Shown: positions 45,180-54,350, counted from the stretch's first letter. The stretch: DNA of 64,000 nucleotides from Deltaproteobacteria bacterium HGW-Deltaproteobacteria-19 (GCA_002841865.1 PHBD01000006.1:39883-103882), one strand, 5' to 3'. Translations and numbers: made by a program. The notes: generated from the sequence alone by a model not told the origin.

Positions 45180-46868
45180 GTGTATTTCGCAACGGAAGTG
45201 TTGACGCAGTCGAGTGAGCTCCGAAAGAAGTGGGAGGATGCGGTCCGGAAGGTGATTGCCAAAAACGCCGACCAGAAGCCCGAGGCGCTCTGGTCCACCG
45301 TATCGGATCTTCCCATCCGGCGGCTCTACGGACCCGAGGACATCAAGGACATGGATTTCGTCCGGGACATCGGGTATCCAGGCCAGTTCCCGTTCGTCAG
45401 GGGCAACCAGGTGACTGGGTACCGGGGGAAGTACTGGACGTTCCGCATGTTCTCCGGCATGGGAGACGCCAAGACGACGAACGAACGGTGGCACCTGCTG
45501 CTCAAGGAGGGGCAGACGGGTCTCTCCACCGCCTTCGACTTCCCCACCCTGATGGGGTATGACACCGATTCACCAAAGGCCCGCGGAGAATGCGGGAAGT
45601 GCGGCGTCGCCATCGACACCCTGGAGGATTTTCTCCAGCTCGTTGAGGGCATCCCCATGGACAAGGTAACCACGTCCATGACGATCAACCCGCCGGCGAC
45701 GGCCCTCTGGGCCATGTACTGTGCCGCCGCCGAGATCAGGGGGATCCCCCTGAACAAGATCGGCGGAACGATCCAGAACGACATGCTCAAGGAGTTCATC
45801 GCCCAAAAGACCCTGATGTGCCCGCCCGAGCCATCGGTCAAGCTGATCAGCGACACCGTCGAGTTCGGAACCAAGCATGTCCCCCGGTGGAACACCATCT
45901 CCATCAGCGGCTACCATATCCGGGAGGCCGGCGCCACGGCCGTGCAGGAGCTGGCTTTCACGCTCCGGGACGGCATGGAGTATGTGGAAGACGTCATCCG
46001 CCGCAAGGGTCTCGAAGTGGATGCCTTCGCGCCGCGGCTGTCCTTCTTCTTCAACTCCCACAGCGATTTCTTCGAGGAGATCGCCAAGCTCAGGGCAGCC
46101 CGGAGGATCTGGGCCAAGGCCATGAGGGACCGTTACAAGGCCAAGGATGAGCGGTCCTGGTGGATGCGCTTCCACACCCAGACGGCGGGTTGCTCCCTGA
46201 CGGCCCAGCAGCCCTATAACAATGTCGTCCGCACGGCCACCCAGGCCCTGGCGGCTGTCCTGGGCGGGACCCAGTCGCTCCATACGAACTCCCTGGATGA
46301 GGTGCTCTGCCTGCCCTCCGACCACGCCGTCCAGATCGCGCTCCGAACCCAGCAAATCATCGCCGAGGAAACGGGTGCGGCCAATACCATCGATCCGCTG
46401 GCGGGCTCCTACTTCGTCGAGGCCCTGACGAACGAGATGGAGGAGAAGGCCTGGGAGTACATTCACAAGATCGATGAAATGGGCGGCATGGTCGCCGCCA
46501 TCGAAAAAGGCTTCCCCCAGCTGGAGATCGCCGACTCGGCGTACAAGTACCAGCGCCAGATCGACGCTGGGGAGAAGATCATGGTCGGAATCAACAAGTA
46601 CCAGACTGCCGAGGAAACGCCCATCCCGTTCCTGGAGATCGACGACAGCGTTGAGAAGGATCAGATCGAACGCCTCACCGCTGTCCGCCGGAAGCGCGAC
46701 AACAAGACGGTGAAGCGCTGCCTGGACGACCTCAAGGGCGCCTGCAAGAAGGGGGAGAACGTCATGCCCTACTGCATCGAGGCCGTGAAGAATCTGGCCA
46801 GCGTGCAGGAAATCTGCGACGTCTACCGCGAGGTATTCGGCGAATACCGCGATCCGGGACTCTACTAA
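45180..46868 (+). CDS. Adenosylcobalamin-dependent acyl-CoA mutase, large (substrate-binding) subunit, isobutyryl-CoA-mutase-like
   Basis: 562 aa. 'WTFRMFSGMG' and 'GTIQNDMLKEFIAQKT' align with the MCM blocks 'RQYAGF' and 'QNDILKEFMVRNT' but carry Phe and Gln. GTG start after GGAAAGGAGGGGG. Confidence 0.85.
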   Translation: MYFATEVLTQSSELRKKWEDAVRKVIAKNADQKPEALWSTVSDLPIRRLYGPEDIKDMDFVRDIGYPGQFPFVRGNQVTGYRGKYWTFRMFSGMGDAKTTNERWHLLLKEGQTGLSTAFDFPTLMGYDTDSPKARGECGKCGVAIDTLEDFLQLVEGIPMDKVTTSMTINPPATALWAMYCAAAEIRGIPLNKIGGTIQNDMLKEFIAQKTLMCPPEPSVKLISDTVEFGTKHVPRWNTISISGYHIREAGATAVQELAFTLRDGMEYVEDVIRRKGLEVDAFAPRLSFFFNSHSDFFEEIAKLRAARRIWAKAMRDRYKAKDERSWWMRFHTQTAGCSLTAQQPYNNVVRTATQALAAVLGGTQSLHTNSLDEVLCLPSDHAVQIALRTQQIIAEETGAANTIDPLAGSYFVEALTNEMEEKAWEYIHKIDEMGGMVAAIEKGFPQLEIADSAYKYQRQIDAGEKIMVGINKYQTAEETPIPFLEIDDSVEKDQIERLTAVRRKRDNKTVKRCLDDLKGACKKGENVMPYCIEAVKNLASVQEICDVYREVFGEYRDPGLY

Positions 46869-46890
46869 CGAGGGGGGGAGGGACAGTTCA

Positions 46891-47295
46891 ATGGCAGACA
46901 AGAAACTGCGAATCATGGTTGCGAAACCGGGCCTGGACGGTCATGACCGGGGTGCCCGGGTCTTAGCCCGCTGTTTCCGCGATGCGGGTTTTGAGGTCAT
47001 CTATACGGGCTGCCATCAGACGCCCGAGCAGATCGCCGCGGCGGCCATCCAGGAGGATGTGGACATCGTCGGACTGAGCTGCCTGTCGGGGGCCCATCGT
47101 TATCTGTTCCCGGCGGTGGTGACGCTGCTGAAGGATAAGGGTGCGGACGATATCACCGTTATCGGCGGCGGGATCATTCCGGACCAGGATTTCAAACTCA
47201 TGTTTGATGCCGGCCTCAAGGCGATTTTCACGCCGGGGGCCACGCTCGACAGCATCGTAGAATGGATCAACACGAATGTTCAACCAAGGGCATGA
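46891..47295 (+). CDS. Acyl-CoA mutase small subunit (B12-binding domain)
   Basis: 'RIMVAKPGLDGHDRGARVLA' contains the DxHxxG base-off/His-on motif. Protein is 134 aa. Confidence 0.9.
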   Translation: MADKKLRIMVAKPGLDGHDRGARVLARCFRDAGFEVIYTGCHQTPEQIAAAAIQEDVDIVGLSCLSGAHRYLFPAVVTLLKDKGADDITVIGGGIIPDQDFKLMFDAGLKAIFTPGATLDSIVEWINTNVQPRA

Positions 47296-47299
47296 CATC

Positions 47300-47362
47300 A
47301 TGGAAAAAGTCAAAAAAATCAAGGCGGGGGACGTACGAACGGCCTCCCAAAGGCCCACGTGA
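47300..47362 (+). other. 20-codon ORF resembling the N-terminus of MeaB, out of frame with the MeaB body
   Basis: 'MEKVKKIKAGDVRTASQRPT*'. The stop TGA (47360-47362) overlaps the GTG (47359-47361) that opens the P-loop-containing ORF. Confidence 0.4.
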
Positions 47363-48198
47363 TCGGTATCACCGGCTCGCCCGGGGCGGGGAAAAGCACC
47401 CTGGTGGACGGCCTTGTCGAGTGTTTCCGGAAGCGGGAAAAAACGGTGGGCGTCCTCGCCGTGGATCCCACCAGCCCCTTTACGGGAGGGGCCATCCTGG
47501 GCGATCGGATCCGCATGCAGCGCCATGCGGAAGACCCGGGCGTCTTCGTCCGCAGTCTGGCCACCCGGGGTGCCCTGGGCGGTCTGGCGAAAGCAGTCGG
47601 CGACTCCATCCACGTCATGGACGTCATGGGGATGGACATGGTGATTGTGGAGACCGTCGGCACCGGCCAGCAGGAAGTGGACATTATCAACCACTCCCAC
47701 ACGGTTGTCGTGGTGCTGATTCCGGGGATGGGAGACGAGATTCAGGCCATCAAGGCGGGGATCATGGAGATCGCTGATGTCTTTGTCATCAACAAAGCGG
47801 ATCGGGAAGGATCATCGAAACTGCGGCGCGAACTGATGGCCATGCTCGACATGGCACCTCCCACTGCTTTCCCGGGCGGTTGGCGTCCGCCCATTGTCAG
47901 GGTAGAAAATGCCTTCGAGCCGGAGGGGTTCGGAAAGAGTCTGGAGGAACTGACGGCCACGATCGAGGAGCATTATCAGCACCTGGTAAAAAACGACCTC
48001 CTGGGATCCCGTGTCCGCCGCAAGGCGGTGGTGGAGCTCAATGAGGCCGTCCGGACGTGTGTCCTCGAACCGGTCCTCAGCCGACTCATTGCGTCTGGAG
48101 AAATGGCGGGGATGGTGGAGAAGCTTCTGAAGAAGGAGTCTGATCCGTATACCCTGGCTGAAGAGATTGCCGGACGGTTCCTGAAAAACTGCGACTGA
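47359..48198 (+). CDS. meaB: MeaB/ArgK-type G-protein metallochaperone (N-terminally short or disrupted)
   Basis: 'IGITGSPGAGKSTLV', 'VETVGTGQ' and 'INKADR'. The ORF opens only at GTG 47359, right at the P-loop. Confidence 0.85.
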   Translation: MIGITGSPGAGKSTLVDGLVECFRKREKTVGVLAVDPTSPFTGGAILGDRIRMQRHAEDPGVFVRSLATRGALGGLAKAVGDSIHVMDVMGMDMVIVETVGTGQQEVDIINHSHTVVVVLIPGMGDEIQAIKAGIMEIADVFVINKADREGSSKLRRELMAMLDMAPPTAFPGGWRPPIVRVENAFEPEGFGKSLEELTATIEEHYQHLVKNDLLGSRVRRKAVVELNEAVRTCVLEPVLSRLIASGEMAGMVEKLLKKESDPYTLAEEIAGRFLKNCD

Positions 48199-48342
48199 GC
48201 GGTTCCGTCCGGATAAAGCAATGGTGAACCCGGGGTTCCGCCCGTGGAGGGAGCTCCTCCCGGAGGGATCCCGGGTTTTTTTTAGTGTTATTGTATGCCC
48301 CACCGGTCGTCCATCGAATGGAGGGGTGAAGGAGATGATCCA

Positions 48343-48900
48343 GTGAGCAATGACCGAATCACGGAAACCTTGTCCCGGTTCAACCGGGGCCTGGTGATGG
48401 TCCTGACGGGAAATGGGAAAGGGAAGACCACTTCCGCTATGGGGCAGGCCCTTCGGGCGGTGGGACACGGGCAGAAGGTTCTCGTGATCCAATTCATGAA
48501 AGGCAAGAAATACGGGGAAGTCCTGGCGGCGGAGGGACATCTCCCGGGAATCACGATCGTGCAGAGCGGCCTCGACAGCTTCGTCATGCGGGACAATCCG
48601 GCGCCGGTGGACGTCGAACTGGCGCGACAGGGGCTGGAGATGGCTCGCGAGGCCCTGGCCGCCGGGACCCATGACATGGTGATCCTCGACGAGATCAACG
48701 TAGCCGTTGATTTCAAACTGATCCCCCTGTCGGACCTGATGGATCTGATCCGCAACAAGCCGCCGGCGGTGGACCTGATTCTCACGGGCCGTTACGCACC
48801 TCCGGAAGTTGTGGAACTGGCTGACACGGTCAGCGAGATCCAGGAGATTCGGCATCACTATAGCAAGGGGATGAAAGAGAGGGCCGGCATCGAATACTGA
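48343..48900 (+). CDS. cobO: Cob(I)alamin adenosyltransferase, CobO/BtuR type
   Basis: GTG 48343 after GAAGGAG. P-loop 'LTGNGKGKTTSAMG' and 'VILDEINVAV'. Confidence 0.85.
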   Translation: MSNDRITETLSRFNRGLVMVLTGNGKGKTTSAMGQALRAVGHGQKVLVIQFMKGKKYGEVLAAEGHLPGITIVQSGLDSFVMRDNPAPVDVELARQGLEMAREALAAGTHDMVILDEINVAVDFKLIPLSDLMDLIRNKPPAVDLILTGRYAPPEVVELADTVSEIQEIRHHYSKGMKERAGIEY

Positions 48901-49026
48901 GACGACCTCGGAACAAGCCCGGATGCTGCGTTGCGCTTTCCCCCTCGTCACTGCGGCGTACGTGAAAAGTACGCCTCGCTCCTCGGGGCTTGCGCGCCTT
49001 GCCTGCGGGCTTGTTGCAAGGTCGTC
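48901..49026. repeat. 126-bp palindromic element, divergent member of the same repeat superfamily
   Basis: Terminal inverted repeat GACGACCTCGGAACAAGCCCG...CGGGCTTGTTGCAAGGTCGTC. The central core GCGTACGTGAAAAGTACGCCTCGC resembles the core of the 20718 element. It starts 1 nt after the cobO stop. Confidence 0.75.
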
Positions 49027-49045
49027 TGATAAAACTGGACGGGCT

Positions 49046-49069
49046 GTTGAAAAACGGCCATCTGCGGCG
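49046..49069 (+). repeat. Partial 5'-arm copy of the 120-bp element
   Basis: GTTGAAAAACGGCCATCTGCGGCG compares with GTTGAAAAACGCCCGTCTGCGGCG at 20860. Confidence 0.5.
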
Positions 49070-49081
49070 AGGAGGGGGCCG

Positions 49082-49654
49082 ATGACCAAAGATGTTCCGC
49101 AGGGCAACCCGCCGTGGTTCAGGCGTGTGAAGACCGCCCTCCGCAGGGGAGGGGCAACGGAGGTCCGTCCGATCCCTGTTGAGTCCATCGTTGTGGACGA
49201 GCGGGTCAGGCTCAAGTGCCAGGTGCCGCTCTGCGACAGTTATGGGCGGAACTTCACCTGCCCCCCGTTTCTTCCCCCGGTGTCGGAATTTCGGGAGATG
49301 CTGTCCCGCTTCGATGGAGCCGTTCTCGTCCAGGTCTCCGCTGAGGGACCTTTCAACCCGCCGGAAAAGGTCTTCGTGCACTCCAAGAAACTGCATGGAT
49401 TGATGAATCGGGCGGAGGGGATCGCTTTTGCGGAAGGTTTCCGTTTCGCTGCAGCCCTGATCGGCGGGTGCTGCCGCCTGTGCGACGAGTGTGCGGCGGT
49501 CCGGCCGGGAGAGCCCTGCCGCCATCCCTTCAGGGCGAGGCCATCCATGGAGGCCATGGGTATCGACGTCCTGGCGACCTTGGAGAAGGCCGGGCTCCCG
49601 GGGCGGTTTCCCGTCCGCGATCGGGTCGACTGGACGGGGCTTCTGCTGATTTGA
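49082..49654 (+). CDS. DUF2284-like Cys-rich metal-binding protein
   Basis: 'CQVPLCDSYGRNFTCPPF' and 'GGCCRLCDECA'. Protein is 190 aa. Confidence 0.6.
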   Translation: MTKDVPQGNPPWFRRVKTALRRGGATEVRPIPVESIVVDERVRLKCQVPLCDSYGRNFTCPPFLPPVSEFREMLSRFDGAVLVQVSAEGPFNPPEKVFVHSKKLHGLMNRAEGIAFAEGFRFAAALIGGCCRLCDECAAVRPGEPCRHPFRARPSMEAMGIDVLATLEKAGLPGRFPVRDRVDWTGLLLI

Positions 49655-49691
49655 ACAAACAGACGGGTTCGTCCGAGCCCAAAGGAGAATC

Positions 49692-49889
49692 ATGATGGCC
49701 ATCTTGAAGGAAGGGGGAATTCCCATCGGCAGGATGCTGTTCATTCCGCGGGAAGGGGACCTGAAAAAAGAGGATCTGGAGATCGAGGCGAACGGACAAT
49801 ATTCTCTGATCGAGCGGCCTGACTGCTTTGTCGTCAAGAACGGCGAGTGCTGCCGGAGTATCCTTGTCAAGGTGAGCCGGAAGGAATAA
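49692..49889 (+). CDS. Small hypothetical protein (65 aa)
   Basis: AAGGAG lies 6 nt upstream of the ATG, and the terminator at 49942 follows. No family recognised. Confidence 0.45.
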   Translation: MMAILKEGGIPIGRMLFIPREGDLKKEDLEIEANGQYSLIERPDCFVVKNGECCRSILVKVSRKE

Positions 49890-49941
49890 GGAGTCGTTCC
49901 CCGGCCGGATTGATGCCGGTCTGCGTGAAGGGGCAAACAAA

Positions 49942-49977
49942 GAGAGCCCCTGATTTTCCAGGGGCTCTCGCTTTTTT
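49942..49977. terminator. Bidirectional rho-independent terminator between convergent genes
   Basis: GAGAGCCCCTG (49942-49952), loop ATTTTC, CAGGGGCTCTC (49959-49969), then GC-TTTTTT. On the other strand the hairpin is followed by TTTGTTTG. Confidence 0.8.
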
Positions 49978-50025
49978 ATAAAACCGAAAGGATCATGCAG
50001 AGCAGTCCGCTCCGCTGGCGGTCCC

Positions 50026-50598
50026 TCACGTGACTTTGTTGGTCTGGTCCGCCGCCGGGTCCTTCAGATTCTCCACGTTTTCGCCGAAGGGCAGGGAGGA
50101 AACCTCGTCCCGGTCCGAGCAGACCAGTTCGGCGGCGATTCCCGCCGCATCGGTGATGATCTCCCGGCAATGAAGGGCGTGGTCCCGGCACAGCCATGCG
50201 TCGTGCCACTTCGAGGTGAGATCGCGGCAGCAGGTGAAGCCGTACTTGGCCTTGAAGCGGTTGGGGATCTGGTTGAACATCCGGTAGAGACCCGGTTTTC
50301 CGTAAAGCTGCTGTCCTGCCTTTTTGGCTGATTCCTTGGGATCCGCGCCTTCCGGCAGGCTGCTTCGGCCATGGACGGCCCCGACGGCGATAACCGCCCC
50401 CGTAACGGCTCCGCAGGTATCCCCGAACAGGCCCACTCCGCCGCCGAAACCGGTGGCCACTTTCTTGGCCTCCGGTGGAAGCCCCGTATCCACCAGACTC
50501 AACACTGCCTCGCTCACACACTCGGCGCAATTGTAGCCGAGGGAGAAATTCTTGCGAGCCCGCTGGCGGATCGCTTCGATCTTTTCTTCCTTCGTCAT
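50026..50598 (-). CDS. C_GCAxxG_C_C family protein (putative redox-active)
   Basis: 'GYNCAECVSEAV' and 'GDTCGAVTGAV' are the family-defining motifs. Confidence 0.75.
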   Translation of the reverse strand: MTKEEKIEAIRQRARKNFSLGYNCAECVSEAVLSLVDTGLPPEAKKVATGFGGGVGLFGDTCGAVTGAVIAVGAVHGRSSLPEGADPKESAKKAGQQLYGKPGLYRMFNQIPNRFKAKYGFTCCRDLTSKWHDAWLCRDHALHCREIITDAAGIAAELVCSDRDEVSSLPFGENVENLKDPAADQTNKVT

Positions 50599-50630
50599 GA
50601 GAGAACCCCTCCTTCTCCTTGGTCGTCAAG

Positions 50631-51788
50631 CTACTTCAGGCTGCTGAGGATATCCCTGGCGATGATCACCCGCTGGATCTGGTTGGTTCCCTCGTAGATC
50701 GAGGTGATCCGCACGTCCCGGGCAAAGCGCTCAATGGGGAATTCCCGCGTATAGCCGTATCCGCCCATGATCTGCAGGGCGTTGTAGCAGGCCCGTTCCG
50801 CCGCTTCCGTGGCATAGTATTTGGCCATGGAGGCCTGGCGGGCGAAGAACCGGCCGTTCTCCTTCTGGTAAGCGGCATTCATCAGGAGCAGCCTTGCCGC
50901 CTCGAGTTCCGTGTAGGACTCGGCGATCATCCACTGGATGGCCTGGAAATTGGAAATGGGCTGATCGAACTGCCTGCGCTCCAGGGCGTATTTCGCAGCG
51001 TATTCGATGGCTGCCTGGCCGATCCCCAGGCCCAGGGAGCCGATGCCGATCCGCCCGCCTGCGAGCTCGCCCACGGCGGTCCGGAAACCATCGTTGGGTT
51101 TGCCCATCATGGCGTCCTTGGGGATCCGGCAGTCCTCGAAGATCAACTCGTTCGTGATGGACGCGTGCTGGCCCATCTTATGCTCGGCCCGGCCCACCGT
51201 GAATCCCTTGAGTCCGTTTTCCACTAGGAACGTGCTGATGCCCTTGCCCTTGGGAGCGGATTTGTCCGTCACGGCCCAGACGACGAAGACGCCGGCGTAC
51301 TCGGCACTGGTGATGAACATCTTGTTGCCGTTGAGGACCCACTCGTTTCCGTCCAGGACAGCAGAGCACCGCATCCCGGCGGGGTCCGAACCGGCCGTGG
51401 TTTCCGTGAGGCCGAAGCCGCCGGCGTAGTACTCGCCGGAGCAGATTTTCGGGATGTATTTCATCCTTTGCTCTTCCGAGCCGATGGCCTGGATGACCTC
51501 GCAGACCATGTTGTTCACCGACATGGTCACCCCCGTCGAGGCGCAGGCCTTACCGATCTCCGTCACAGCCAGACTGAAGGCCACGACGCCGGCCTCGGAT
51601 CCGCCGTAATCGCCCTTCACGTTGATGCCCATGAGGCCCAGGCTGGCCAGTTTCCGAAGGTTGGCACAAAAAGCCGCCCGGTCGTCCTGTTCGTCCAGCT
51701 TGGCTGCCAGGGGCTCCAGTTCCGTCTTGGCGAAGTTGCGCGCTGTATCCTGGATGATTCTTTGTTCTTCCGTCAGATCTAGATTCAT
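50631..51788 (-). CDS. Acyl-CoA dehydrogenase (short/butyryl-CoA dehydrogenase-like)
   Basis: 385 aa. 'GLTETTAGSDPAGM' and 'MGGYGYTREFPIERFARDVRITSIYEGTNQIQ'. Confidence 0.9.
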   Translation of the reverse strand: MNLDLTEEQRIIQDTARNFAKTELEPLAAKLDEQDDRAAFCANLRKLASLGLMGINVKGDYGGSEAGVVAFSLAVTEIGKACASTGVTMSVNNMVCEVIQAIGSEEQRMKYIPKICSGEYYAGGFGLTETTAGSDPAGMRCSAVLDGNEWVLNGNKMFITSAEYAGVFVVWAVTDKSAPKGKGISTFLVENGLKGFTVGRAEHKMGQHASITNELIFEDCRIPKDAMMGKPNDGFRTAVGELAGGRIGIGSLGLGIGQAAIEYAAKYALERRQFDQPISNFQAIQWMIAESYTELEAARLLLMNAAYQKENGRFFARQASMAKYYATEAAERACYNALQIMGGYGYTREFPIERFARDVRITSIYEGTNQIQRVIIARDILSSLK

Positions 51789-51979
51789 TGGTTCCTTCCT
51801 TCCCTCTGAAATGTATTACGCGCCGGCATCCGCCGGTTCAGGCGAATCGGGCGGGGCGCCGGATCATGCGCAGTCTCTTGGATGTTCGGGAAGGCGGGAT
51901 GAACCCGCCTTCCCAAACGGTTGGTGCGGGCGTCCGGCGTCGGGGCAATGGGACTTCCCGTCGCCGGTCGGTCACAACA

Positions 51980-52885
51980 TCAGGCACCCTTGTCGATGAT
52001 GGCCTGAATTGCGGGCGTATAATCCGTCTTCGCGGGCAGGAAGATCAACTCCGGATCGACGAACTCGCGGAGCACGAACAGCTCCCTGTAGGTCGGGTGT
52101 GCGGTTTCACCCTTGATGTTGGCCACATTGAGATCAAAACCGCAGTTCTCCTTCACCTGCTCCACCGTGACGCCCGGGTGATGGGTCTCCAGGTAGATGA
52201 TCCCCTCTTTGTCGAAGCGGTAGACGCCCATGTTTGTCACGACGGCGGTGGGGCCGCAATCGGCAAAGGCCGTATTTTTCCAGACTTCCTTTTTGGGCTT
52301 CCACTCGTTGGTCTTGAAGTCCCAGCACCACCAGCCGGGCGTGGTCGTGTAGTCGTTCCGCTCCAGGAATCGTCGCTTTTCCTGGAGAATGATGTAGGCC
52401 GTCCGTTTGGCCATGGTCCCGATGTCGGAGTTCCCGCCGGACCCGGTGAAGCGGTGGGAGGGCGCGAAATAGTCTCCGATGGAGGTCACGTTGACGCCTC
52501 CGTACTTGTCGATGGCCGCACCGCCCAGGAACCCGAGGGTGACGTAACCCTGCTGCAGGTAATAGCCGAACGTGTCGACGAGACCGCCCAGGGTGGAGCT
52601 CATGTTGGCCGCCCGCTGGTCGCAGACGGACATGGGGACGTGCATCGTCTTGCCGTCGCAGATTCCCGATTCGTAGATCAGGGTCGCGTTCGGCGCGTTC
52701 GTGAAGTTGGCCGTCATGATGCCCACCATGGGGAGCCCCGTTCCGGCGAACACGATATCGTCATTCTGAACTTCATGAGCCACAGCGATGGCCATCAGCT
52801 CCGGCAGGATGAACTCTCCCGGTTTCGCCGTCTCATCGGGAATCAGGTCGATCAATTCCATCAATTCTTCCATTGATTTTGCCAT
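51980..52885 (-). CDS. CoA-transferase subunit B (glutaconate CoA-transferase-like)
   Basis: 'DIVFAGTGLPMVGIMTANFTNAPNATLIYESG' carries the catalytic Glu of family I CoA-transferase beta subunits. Confidence 0.8.
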   Translation of the reverse strand: MAKSMEELMELIDLIPDETAKPGEFILPELMAIAVAHEVQNDDIVFAGTGLPMVGIMTANFTNAPNATLIYESGICDGKTMHVPMSVCDQRAANMSSTLGGLVDTFGYYLQQGYVTLGFLGGAAIDKYGGVNVTSIGDYFAPSHRFTGSGGNSDIGTMAKRTAYIILQEKRRFLERNDYTTTPGWWCWDFKTNEWKPKKEVWKNTAFADCGPTAVVTNMGVYRFDKEGIIYLETHHPGVTVEQVKENCGFDLNVANIKGETAHPTYRELFVLREFVDPELIFLPAKTDYTPAIQAIIDKGA

Positions 52886-52906
52886 GTGTCGTATCCCCCC
52901 TTTCTT

Positions 52907-53962
52907 TTAGTAACCGCTGCGTGCCACGGACAAGGGCATCTTCATCCTGGGCGCCGGTTTCTTGCCTCTCATCATGCGGACGCTGTAACCGGTGGTGCTG
53001 TCCGCCTTCAGGTCCAGAAGCTTCTTGGCACCCAGCTTGATGACGAAGTCTTCCCAGCTCTTGGGGCCGAAGACCCACTCATCGAGCCATTTCTTCAGGT
53101 CATCGGGGTTCCGGGAGGCCTTGTCCATGTCCCGCATGAAGGGCGCATCGTAATCGTAGTAGAAGGGGACCGAGCTCGGGAAGGCACCCCAGGGACACTC
53201 TACGATGGCGTCCACGACGAAGTAGGGGATCTGGTTCGTCTCAGGAAGTTTTCTCATCTCCGATTCGGGGACGATCTCCTCGGCGATGATCACGACCTTG
53301 TCGCAGGCGAAGGAAATTTCCTTGTCGATCGTGCCGACACCCCGCCAGCGGGCCGTTCCCTTGTCGCCGGCCTGAGCGACATGGATGATGGCCAGTTCCG
53401 GCTTGGCTGCCGGCAGCAGGATGGTGTCGCCCTCGCCCCAGAAGGGTTCCTCCATCTGGATGAACTTCTTTTTTGCGATCTTCGGATTCTTCCCGTCCCG
53501 CATACCTGCCTTGCCGAGTGCATCATACTTGGGATTGTACAGGTCGGAGCCCAGCGGCGCGGAGTAGGGGATGAAGGGCGCCCCGATGGCGCCGGCGAGG
53601 AACCGCATAGCCATGGCGCCGTGGGAATAATCCTCCAGGATCACCTTGCCGGCCTTGTAGTGCCGCTCCAGGTTGATATCGATCTTGCCGGCCATTTCGC
53701 CCCAGCCCATCCAGTCCGTCTCGTAGATCTTCATGGCGTTGACGGAGTTGAGCAGCCAGGTGCAGACACCACCGTGCCGGTCGATGACATGAATATCCTT
53801 GATGCCCTGGCGTACCGTCTCCCAGGCGAAGGCGAAGGGGTTCCGGTTGAAGCCCGTGAACCCGCTGAACGCGCAGATGACCCCGTTATGCATGTGCTTC
53901 TTGACCGCTTCTTCAAGCGACAGGATCTCCGCTTTTTTCGATTTCCCGCGAATTCTTGCCAT
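52907..53962 (-). CDS. CoA-transferase subunit A (glutaconate CoA-transferase-like)
   Basis: 'ILSLEEAVKKHMHNGVICAFSGFTG' is the typical alpha-subunit N-terminus. AAAAGGAGG lies upstream of the ATG. Confidence 0.8.
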   Translation of the reverse strand: MARIRGKSKKAEILSLEEAVKKHMHNGVICAFSGFTGFNRNPFAFAWETVRQGIKDIHVIDRHGGVCTWLLNSVNAMKIYETDWMGWGEMAGKIDINLERHYKAGKVILEDYSHGAMAMRFLAGAIGAPFIPYSAPLGSDLYNPKYDALGKAGMRDGKNPKIAKKKFIQMEEPFWGEGDTILLPAAKPELAIIHVAQAGDKGTARWRGVGTIDKEISFACDKVVIIAEEIVPESEMRKLPETNQIPYFVVDAIVECPWGAFPSSVPFYYDYDAPFMRDMDKASRNPDDLKKWLDEWVFGPKSWEDFVIKLGAKKLLDLKADSTTGYSVRMMRGKKPAPRMKMPLSVARSGY

Positions 53963-54321
53963 TGTTACCTCCTTTTCAGTGCAATGATAAACCCCCTTGA
54001 ATTCACAAAAAACACATAAGAACAGACAGGTTCTCTGTTACGTGCACTCACCTCCCTTCTTCATGAAAAAAAAACGATGATCGGATAAACGTAGAAAGGC
54101 GCTGCGATGAACAGCGAGGCGAAGATCATTCCGCAATGGATGCGAGAGGAGCGGCATAAAGAGATCCCTTGGGCCTCTCAGGGCGAACTCCTGTTGAATG
54201 GTGCAACTGTCTATGTCAGAGGTTGAGGAAACGACGATCCGTCCAATCTCCGGCCGACCGGTTATCCCGGTTCTGGTGCAGTGCCGGAGGGTGGACATGA
54301 CGGGATGAAAGTTGCTTTAGG

Positions 54322-54350
54322 GTATAAGGGATCGGCCCCTTTGGTGTCAA
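54322..54350 (-). promoter_or_regulatory. Candidate sigma70 promoter ~360 nt upstream of the CoA-transferase operon
   Basis: Minus strand: TTGACA (54350-54345), 17-nt spacer, TTATAC (54327-54322). Confidence 0.35.

Noticed and set aside
47312-47318. A7 run as a programmed -1 frameshift site joining the MeaB N-terminal remnant to the body.
   Set aside because: The MeaB-like residues 'IKAGDVR' are encoded in the zero frame downstream of the A7 run. A slip at that run would therefore lose them. A deletion or indel, or coupled re-initiation at the GTGA overlap, explains the layout better.
53981-53997. Sigma54-like -12 element TTGCA with upstream GG (minus strand) before the CoA-transferase gene.
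   Set aside because: The -24 element is poor (GGGGTT), and the site sits about 20 nt from the ATG, overlapping the RBS region.
54038-54298. 86-codon minus-strand ORF downstream of the YcaO pair as a RiPP precursor gene.
   Set aside because: It has no Shine-Dalgarno sequence and its second half looks like random sequence ending in the T9 run. It is kept only as a low-probability alternative within the 53963-54434 finding.
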